From Sphingomonadales bacterium (GTDB taxonomy: Bacteria; Pseudomonadota; Alphaproteobacteria; Sphingomonadales; Sphingomonadaceae): DNA of 38,885 nt. Each line of letters begins with the position of its first letter. Position 1 is the stretch's first letter. Below the pieces are notes generated by a model that was not told the origin of the DNA, ran no database searches, and saw only the letters and a list, made by a program, of their open reading frames with translations. A program made the position numbers and the translations under genes. The stretch lies in NCBI GenBank assembly GCA_038226115.1, contig JBBRQR010000001.1:1-38885 (forward strand), read 5' to 3'. Shown here piece after piece: positions 35,101-38,885 of the stretch.

Positions 35101-35408
35101 GGGGACAGATCGTCCGCCCGGCGCAGGACATCATCCGCCGCGCGATCGACCAAGCGGTCGCGGCGAATTCGGTCATCGCGTCCGAGGCTGTTACCTTTGC
35201 ATCGCCGCGACTGGTCGATCTTAGCGCAGTCACGATCACCGGCGGGATTGGCGATCCGGCGACCGGGGCGGGCGACGAGTCGATGTGGGATCCGCTCGGT
35301 CCGGAAGGGTCGGAAGCGGGGTCGCAGCCGGGTGGATCGGATGGGCGCGTTGGCAAGCGTCCAGTCGTGCGGCCCGTCGCGCCGACGGGTGGGAGCGGGT
35401 CACGATGA
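23103..35408 (+). CDS. Giant filamentous-haemagglutinin-like TpsA exoprotein (4101 aa) with two TPS-like domains
   Basis: Signal peptide, N-terminal secretion domain (AIITW...VVNRVLP...NGTITS...GGTVVFYTPGGIIVGPNAVFNVGNLLLTT...VALVAPRIQQDG), Gly/Ala/Thr-rich beta-helix repeats, and position directly downstream of TpsB. GGAG RBS. Confidence 0.88.
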   Translation: MSAAPSLRLRLCSSTAVTLALIGAATPAAASLPGNPATAFAGTPAVTSGTAAIDRSMPNLDRVTVGNEASRTAIITWTPSDTTGTGAVDFLPFGQSALFTNAPGLTDFTVVNRVLPVDIQGAATNRPVAYNGTITSQITNDGVTTPGGTVVFYTPGGIIVGPNAVFNVGNLLLTTGEPVLTETGFTLNSATNSTSTVQIAKGAQVNAQSNYVALVAPRIQQDGAVKVAGGAAYIAAEQVDLTILGAGLGLFDIKIAVGSAKATGEAAPFTALSHTGTTTGTTPAGGTNPTIVIAAIPKNDAITMLVGGTVGFTPATGATVSAGTVELFAGVPSAENAANIISPVTISAGADLDPSVAANLSISASTTTNLYAEATTLVRLAPSFSAQTGLTQTLTGSVGLLGRSQTSVDTAGLNTIAIGGDLTLGSGGSSDARLAGINVAGGAITIGGNLGVNLFSYGFKAPQFGLMVGVNVSDGGKLAVTGESTLLALAAANAAQGQGGAINLQVASGAQFSTGGGLTLDASAVGNGGTGGTGGSATIGVNGGGTIVAGDVVINADGVSNSGGATQIGQGGNAAFVVGAGSSATLTSLSLSAVGRGPGQGKGGTAALTITVGAVGLTAANSIRIDASGQGQSSNGAVGGVGTGGNATATIGGGILNVTSENRLTLTASGMGGAGSTKQINDGTPGFSGGTGTGGTASFALTGGTAMLPGISVTAGGTGGDGGNGSNNNSGVGGAGGVGALGRGGTAAVAVGGSNSVLNVAGSGVFVDTAGFGGRGGSGGHLAGSPPDAQGAAGGMGGSGSGGSSSVLVNLGAKIVGPQFGVPITVTADGEAAAGTAGGYGYISSGAAGAGGLFATGGNAALTIDGGTVDNRAGGLRVGADAATSGGLATGGGAALTLVNGGVLRSADVNLTARATGRVLTSVTGGSATITLSASDLTADNVALNVGGFVFGSPTTSPAIVTGGTAALDVGGTGSVNFNALTFAANADTGEVTVGPGQTAPSAVGGTARLTIAPGNAAVTATSLNLFANAIGGSAASGMGGTGIAGAATGGSATITVGGGTLTNSGFGLTTLYAIATGGNGYQPNNTGENGEAGAPGGAATGGTAALNINGAGQVTSAGLNLDADALGGSGGVGNFSLAGTAGVGGAGGNAVAGTARVSVTNGAKLALVGLSSPYYAPPFVSAVAVGGTGGAGGSIGVPGQSPPFVQGVGGAGGVGGTATGGTASVVVDTTGAISTMSDLLLLANSTSGAGGIGGRGNQDNAITDPSPGADAAGGAFAQGGTATFAVDNGASLTGGRSIRVESRSIGFGATTTGGTAMVDILGGSAGVGDVTLVADSTAQSGGAATGGSAILTLNGGAAMLPAVLTANDVSLSATARGVFSSAVYTPTSATGGLAAFDLGSSGQAVINGLRLTAGGDSRFGQAGATGQGGTARLTMAGGTGSLGVSAAIDLSATGAGGSGGTTGVGGAGRGGIATATIAGGTLTLASVFSGLNATLSADATGGSAALATSLVDGGTALGGTARFDVSGAATVSLPILMLSATANGGEGALGVVLPANLAGTGSAGGAATAGTAAFNAGGTAVVNVDGALILTATAQGGLGGRGANGVNGAAGTPGKPAIAVGSVPVAGGAGGPGGAGGDGSTGGGGGLAIGGQALLMANSAAGIGDRLTLGSLIVTAVATAGNGGDGGMGGTGGAGGLGGSGANGGAAGATGAAGTAGGGGFGGQGGNGTGGSTTVALANGIFTSGGTSLDATVVISRGGARGADGNDVADGTFAAPGAFAGGPGASLTMSGVQAAALGSQVTIATYGPILISAGASDGGFTAGSIVANSATSIVSNAPLGLGPVGIDSVSFTGNDILGFAVPVSIGGAIVANTVTIQTSGAIAIDAPVTATSLFAQTGSSIESSGPLTVDTLNLTSFGAGAPITLTGNTVARLATINALGAIRIDGALTGTAGSNFQINSSTSIAASNLLSADFLSLTGNGAGVTIALTGATAAATTATITTPGAVTLAGPLTAGSLFASSDVSITATGALVVTNDATLTGTVGTGATVTIASPGSLQAGGNVAITAPGLVLLGGNVTGAALTLRSGTGVTASARLVGTTLTIDQTGPGATIALTGSSLIAGATALTTPGAITLAGAHQFGSLAATSDTGITVAGAVTATSGATTLTGRAGTSAGVTVTSGGSLTGQAITVAAPGAIKVDGGIAGTAVALASGTAVTASGTLGATTLAVTGAAPGATIALTALATVTGATTITAPGSVMLSGQLLGGGSLTAASATSLNVFYDRLDASALTLSTTGSAPLRLAGTSTVAGATMLTAGSQLTIDGVHRAGTFTALSPNSITVTGTVAATDIAVTGTPGTAATVTVSATGSLAGSNSATIAAPGVVTLAGAVSAPSVSVASATAIVASGTLGATTLALTGTAPGATVSLGGATTATKTATLTAPGAVSLTGSFTGGGALTVSSATSIAVADTRLDASALTLTGTAPNATIALAGNSTVGGATTLSAPGAITVAGTHAAGTFTAASDRDIAVTGTVAATDIAVTGNVSSGGSVTIAPTGVVTAGNNATITAPGIVVLDGAVTARTLTIASGSGVTGAGTLTAATLGITGTNGAAILLSGRQVVTDAATIQSPGQVALTGSFTGGGALDISSAGSITVNEPTLTVRALTLTTTGATSSVNLGGSSTVSGATRLTSPQIVTISGNHSAANFTAAAGVSTIVRGAIAAGDVVLTGGIGASAVTMVPGASVTASNSVTIAGTGDLDLGGPITAPTISLTSASVVGTRSTGLLTAGTLTATGTGPNARITLFGGMNVSGTATLTTPGIVTLGIPGNPNAPPVNARTLTIAGASAVALVAPITATDVIITGVDGVTGVTVDAPIHVANSFGVRHAATFTNNALIDPTDITIDVSGLITVNSVLQADRITLDSGDIAIVSGGVFATGLAEFLTSAAKTSAATVGGTGASGGYTLDAGELSRVFANRIVVSTGPLASNHSSSGGGTNRPLDLGVQTLSLVGTNGANANLTSGSTPAALALATSGALNVGGRVSVTSAGSTDAVVLAAAGPINVVTPSGGVVIADANGATTGELYAYGSQLVAASRATATALAATPAFADKAALLRVNDGPLASAGYLMAGRIEVRATTGFYSQNSGTADTFAGLTTGDGGLGFRAGAIADGAVIAAGGFASLATVDGLDAYLGQPGQSGRADVIAYGRQVTSKGSVVINAAFAKIFRTTAADVTPLSTVNDCLVIGTLCGANGGAFQGAPVVDQGSATFARSGSANGDGVDLITVGASGGTVITWTPFDTAGTGPVDFLPRGNTATFAGAAGLGNYTVVNRVLPTDATRPVAFNGTILSRLTDTNGLATPGGTVVFFAPGGLVVGPTGVFNVGSLVLTTADPQLLGGGFRFNSAAGSTAGVTIQSGASITASTVGGFVDLVAPRVRQDGSVTVNGDAIYVAAEQADVTANADGSTAIVLSRGAQVGSDPLLLEHSGVTRGSLTAPSGANIVVAAVGQNAPARVQVGGTLGYASGAGTVTIAAGNPIGVAGLTAGPGVASQATDLLLASGSATSALVAQASRNLTVTAPIPASARFGGPVSLAFGGDLAITGALTATALTATGTGPASTISVTAPVTAPVTSLTATGAITLAAPITAVTSLTVSTPRLLTITSAVDPATITFTVGDIAISGAGHVGDANTELLTIQTDGALATSATVGGLAGAGGFDLDASEYARLQANRILISTGLGTTTRPLDLHIGPLTVAGSTTANGNLNPDGVQAPTATFASSGNLFVDGPLALAAAGPTDTIGLLATGRIAVTLAAGSIAVTTPTGALGGRIYLVGDDIVAGSLATQSTVAAALSFAARRAALGFNDGVVNYEGYIRAKTVDVRVGTSFRAQNSGSNGIYAGIAVGSGGLGVRQGVLSGGNGIDLTNTTAIDAALRATKPAEVIVFGLQQATNGPIVNAAFLPTVRVVPTDVTLQSEITGCLVRGGGCRDPRGDGTALDRAQQLGGQIVRPAQDIIRRAIDQAVAANSVIASEAVTFASPRLVDLSAVTITGGIGDPATGAGDESMWDPLGPEGSEAGSQPGGSDGRVGKRPVVRPVAPTGGSGSR

Positions 35409-38400
35409 CAATCGTCCGATCGGCTGGTTTCGCCGTGGCGCTGGCGCTTGGCATCACCGGGGTCGGCGCGTCGGCTGCGCCGCCACTTAGCTCGCTCGGT
35501 GCCTTTCAGATCGGGTCGGCGGCGGGCATCCAGTGCAGCGCGCAAAGCCGTCCGAACGACAGCGTCGCGATCGGCATGTTCGACCGGGCCTATGCGCTCA
35601 GCTGCCGCGACGCCGTTGCCCCGCCGGGGAAGCTCTATGTCCTGAAGACCGGCAGCAACCCGGCGGCGCGCCTCACCGCCGCGCGGGCCCGCGTCGCACG
35701 CTGCGCCGCCGAACGCCCGGTCGATCTGGCGGGCGTGTCCGGCGCGACCGAGGCGCTGTGCACGCTCGAAGCCGGAGCGATTCCTTACGCGGTCTACGCC
35801 GTCACGAGCGGCACCCGGCTGTACGTTGCCGAAGGGCTGGCGGGGTATGATGACGCGCTGCGTCTGGCACTGCGGTCGCTGGTCGCCGATCGGGTCGTTG
35901 TCGGCACGATCGGCGCGACCGTAACGGCTGCCGGTGACGCGGCGGCCTTCGCGCGGGCGCAGGCGGGGAGTCTCGATCCCGCCCTCGCGCTGGGCGAGGC
36001 GTATCGGCGCAACAACGGCGGTAGTTACGCCGAGGCATCCGAATTCTTTTCCGTACTGACCGCCAGCAGCGTCGCCAAAACGCAGCGCGGTGAATATCTG
36101 CTCGGTGCGGCGTTGCAGCAGTCGAACCTCGGCGCATTTGCGGAGGCGGACGCGCTGTTTGCCCGGGTTTCGCCCGACGCGATGCAGGACCCCGTGGGCG
36201 TGCGCTTGTCGCGCAATTTCCATGCGATCCATTTGCTCAATCAACGCCGCCCGGAAGATGCGCTTATCGAACTTGACCGCCGCGTCGCGCCCGCGGCCCC
36301 CGCGACGGTGCCGGGACCGCCGGTGATCGATGCGCTGGCGGCGGCGCGGCTCAACCGCGATGCGACGCTGGCGGCGGTCAGCGGTGCCGGGCTGACATCG
36401 GAGGAACGCGCGCAGGTGCTCGATGCTCAGGCGCTCCAGCTGCGCGGCGCGGCGCTGCGCCTTGGCGGGGATCCGGCAGGGGCGCGGGTCGCATTGAAGG
36501 CGGCGGTGGTGGCGCTGAGCGACATCGGTCGGCGCGGGATCGCCTCGGTCGCGCGGCTGAAGTCGGCGGCCTATTCCGACCTCGCGGGCCTTGATGAAAC
36601 CAGCGGCGACCTGAACGCGGCTGAACTCCAGCTCCGCCTCGCGGTTGCGACCGTCGCCGCCGAATACCCCGATTCGCTGGCGACGCTGTCGATCGAGGCG
36701 CGGCTGGCGGCGTTGCTCGCGCGGCGTGGCAAGGTCGATGCGGCGTTGGCGCTGTACCGCACCGTCGTGACCCGCGCGGTTGCGAGCGGAGCGGTCGGTC
36801 CGGGCCTGCTCGGCGGCCTTGCGCCGTATTACGCGCTGCTGGCGCGTGAAAGCGTCGCCCATCCCGAGCTTGCCGGTGACTTTTTCACCGCGAGCCAGCT
36901 GCTTCTTCGTCCGGGTGTCGCGCAGACGCAGGCAGTGCTCGCGCGCGAGCTGAGCGGCGGCGATGACGAAGCGGCGCGGTTGTTTCGCCAATCGATCGCC
37001 CTGACGCGCGATTTCGACCGTACCCGCATCGAAATCGGGCGGTTGGGCGCGCAGGCAACGCTGACGACCGATGACACGACCCGGCTGACGGCGCTCCGCG
37101 CGCGCTTTGCCCAACTCGCGACCGACCAGACCGCGACGACCGCCGAGCTCGGCAAATATCCCCGCTTTCGCGCGGTCGCGACAACCGGGCTGACGCTGGC
37201 CGATCTGCAGGCGACACTCAAACCGGGGGAGGCGTATCTCAAGCTGACCGCGCCGGGGACGCGCGCGTATGGGATGCTGGTGACGCCGACGTCGGTACGG
37301 CTGTACGCCATCGCGCCGACCGTCGCGGCGCTGGGGCGCAAGGTCGGTCGCTTGCGCCAAAGCATCGTCGTCATCGACAATGGTGCGCCGACGACCAAGC
37401 CGTATGACGTCGCGCTGGCGTATGAGCTGTTCACCGACATCGCCGGCCCGGTTGCGGGCGATCTCCGCGCGGTTCGCCATCTGATCTACGAACCCGATGG
37501 CCCGTTGCTCAAGCTGCCGCTCGCGCCGCTGGTGATGGACCGCGCCGGGGTCGACGCCTATGCCGCGCGCCAACGGCTGCCGGGGGCCGATCCGTTCGAC
37601 TTTCGCGGCGTCGCCTGGGTTGCGCGGTCGCTCGACATCAGCACGTCGGTGTCGCCGCTGGCGTTCCGTGACTTACGCAACGCCGCCGCGTCGCGGGCGG
37701 CGAAAGCGTATATCGGCTTTGGCCAGAACGCGCCGCTCGCTGGGTTGGCGCTGACGCAGGCGACGACGCGCGGCGCGGTCGGCAGCGGCCCCGGCTGCAC
37801 CTGGTCGCCCGCCGAATGGAACCACCCGGTGCCCGGCGCCGAGCTGTATCAGGCGGCGAAGCTGCTCGGTAACACGGGCACGACGGTAGTGACCGGGGCG
37901 GCGTTCACCGATACCGACATCACCACCCGGACCGACCTCGCGCAGTACCGCATTCTCCATTTCGCGACGCACGGGCTGGTGACTGCGCCAAAGCCCGAAT
38001 GCCCGGCCCGCCCGGCGTTGATGACGTCGTTCGGCGGCCCCGATTCGGATGGGCTGCTGACCTTTGCCAAGGTGTTCGACCTGCATCTTGACGCCGATCT
38101 CATCATTCTGTCGGCGTGCGATACCGCCGGCACCGCCAGCGTCGGGGCATCGCGTGAAGCCGGTGTCGCGACCGGGGGTGACTTTGCGCTCGACGGCCTC
38201 GTTCGCGCCTTTGTCGGGGCGGGGGGGCGCGTCGTCATCGCCAGCCACTGGCCGGTGCCCGACGAATTCGACGCGACCCAGCGCCTGATCGGCGGGCTGT
38301 TTACCGCACCACCCGGTGCGAGCATCGCTGCGGCGCTCCACGCGGCGCAAGTACCGTTGATGGACGCCGCCGCGACCAGCCACCCGTATTACTGGGCGGC

Positions 38401-38491
38401 ATTTTCGGTCGTCGGCGACGGTGCTCGCCCGATCGCGCGCGCGGTGACGCGGACGGCCGCCAGCGATCCCGCCCCGGCCCGCGCGCAATAA
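35405..38491 (+). CDS. Signal-peptide-bearing TPR + CHAT domain (caspase-like cysteine protease) protein
   Basis: ATG 35405 overlaps the TpsA stop (ATGA). Signal peptide, TPR-like helices, LADLQATL, LIYEPDGPLLKLP, catalytic ILHFATHG and LIILSACDT, GLVRAFVGAG, ASHWPVPD and HPYYWAAFSVVG. Confidence 0.92.
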   Translation: MTIVRSAGFAVALALGITGVGASAAPPLSSLGAFQIGSAAGIQCSAQSRPNDSVAIGMFDRAYALSCRDAVAPPGKLYVLKTGSNPAARLTAARARVARCAAERPVDLAGVSGATEALCTLEAGAIPYAVYAVTSGTRLYVAEGLAGYDDALRLALRSLVADRVVVGTIGATVTAAGDAAAFARAQAGSLDPALALGEAYRRNNGGSYAEASEFFSVLTASSVAKTQRGEYLLGAALQQSNLGAFAEADALFARVSPDAMQDPVGVRLSRNFHAIHLLNQRRPEDALIELDRRVAPAAPATVPGPPVIDALAAARLNRDATLAAVSGAGLTSEERAQVLDAQALQLRGAALRLGGDPAGARVALKAAVVALSDIGRRGIASVARLKSAAYSDLAGLDETSGDLNAAELQLRLAVATVAAEYPDSLATLSIEARLAALLARRGKVDAALALYRTVVTRAVASGAVGPGLLGGLAPYYALLARESVAHPELAGDFFTASQLLLRPGVAQTQAVLARELSGGDDEAARLFRQSIALTRDFDRTRIEIGRLGAQATLTTDDTTRLTALRARFAQLATDQTATTAELGKYPRFRAVATTGLTLADLQATLKPGEAYLKLTAPGTRAYGMLVTPTSVRLYAIAPTVAALGRKVGRLRQSIVVIDNGAPTTKPYDVALAYELFTDIAGPVAGDLRAVRHLIYEPDGPLLKLPLAPLVMDRAGVDAYAARQRLPGADPFDFRGVAWVARSLDISTSVSPLAFRDLRNAAASRAAKAYIGFGQNAPLAGLALTQATTRGAVGSGPGCTWSPAEWNHPVPGAELYQAAKLLGNTGTTVVTGAAFTDTDITTRTDLAQYRILHFATHGLVTAPKPECPARPALMTSFGGPDSDGLLTFAKVFDLHLDADLIILSACDTAGTASVGASREAGVATGGDFALDGLVRAFVGAGGRVVIASHWPVPDEFDATQRLIGGLFTAPPGASIAAALHAAQVPLMDAAATSHPYYWAAFSVVGDGARPIARAVTRTAASDPAPARAQ

Positions 38492-38885
38492 TGGCGTCGG
38501 CCAGTCGTCGCGACGGGCGCTGGCTCCAGCGGATCGGTCGGCGGCGGCTGGTCAGCATGATCGTGGTGTTGATCGCCGCCGCCCTCGTCGCGCGGTTGAG
38601 CTGGCACATCCCGGTTCTCGTCGATGCCGAACGCTCGCTGTTCGACATCCGCACCGCGTTCGCCGCGCCGCGCGTCGATCAGGACAGCCGCATTGCGATC
38701 GTCACCTATACCGAAAGCACGCTGCAACACACCGCCCGCCGCTCGCCGGTCGATCGCACCTTGCTCGCCCGCGCGCTGACCGCGCTCGACCAGGCGGGGG
38801 CAAAGGCGATCGGCGTCGATATCCTGATCGACCAGTCGGTCGCCGGGGAGGATGCGGCGCTGACCGCCGCGCTGCGCGCGATGCA
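38491..38885 (+). CDS. CHASE2 domain membrane sensor, 5' part (runs off window; commonly an adenylate/guanylate cyclase)
   Basis: Not in the ORF track. ATG 38491 overlaps the CHAT stop and reads MASASRRDGRWLQRIGRRRLVSMIVVLIAAALVARLSW...AERSLFDIR...DSRIAIVTYTESTL...SPVDRTLLARALTALDQAGAKAIGVDILIDQ...EDAALTAALRAM, the CHASE2 N-terminal pattern. The output domain lies outside the window. Confidence 0.85.
   Translation, partial: MASASRRDGRWLQRIGRRRLVSMIVVLIAAALVARLSWHIPVLVDAERSLFDIRTAFAAPRVDQDSRIAIVTYTESTLQHTARRSPVDRTLLARALTALDQAGAKAIGVDILIDQSVAGEDAALTAALRAM

Noticed and set aside
23103-35408. Contact-dependent inhibition (CdiA toxin) system
   Set aside because: No VENN/pre-toxin motif, no toxin-like C-terminus, and no small immunity gene follows.
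35405-38491. CRISPR type III-E (Craspase) or gasdermin-type defence protease
   Set aside because: No cas genes, CRISPR array or gasdermin in the window. The protein has a signal peptide and a secretion/sensor context.

Overview
A GC-rich bacterial window whose gene content suggests an alphaproteobacterium, probably Sphingomonadales-like (inference). Bases 1-9055 hold ordinary genes: the fhs 5' end, a GFA protein, a secreted alpha/beta hydrolase, an acyltransferase-3, a glycine-zipper protein, telA and its partner, a BaiN/HI0933 flavoprotein flanked by palindromic elements, and an Ntn acylase. Bases 9089-11918 hold an actinobacterial-type FurA regulator divergent from a signal-peptide-bearing katG. 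A FurA-box-like palindrome lies between them, and katG is frameshifted by a 41-nt tandem duplication. Bases 11972-38885 hold two divergent operons sharing a short intergenic region. Leftward is a four-gene exported heme cluster: a c554-like multiheme cytochrome, a tandem GlcG/HbpS-like lipoprotein, a beta-barrel-like protein, and a 1323-aa decaheme cytochrome with LVIVD-like repeats. Rightward are TpsB, a 4101-aa TpsA that appears to be two TpsA units fused in tandem, a signal-peptide TPR-CHAT protease and a CHASE2 sensor (truncated). This divergent multiheme / TPS-CHAT-CHASE2 locus is the best candidate for an undescribed system. All family calls come from motif recognition by eye; no database searches were run.
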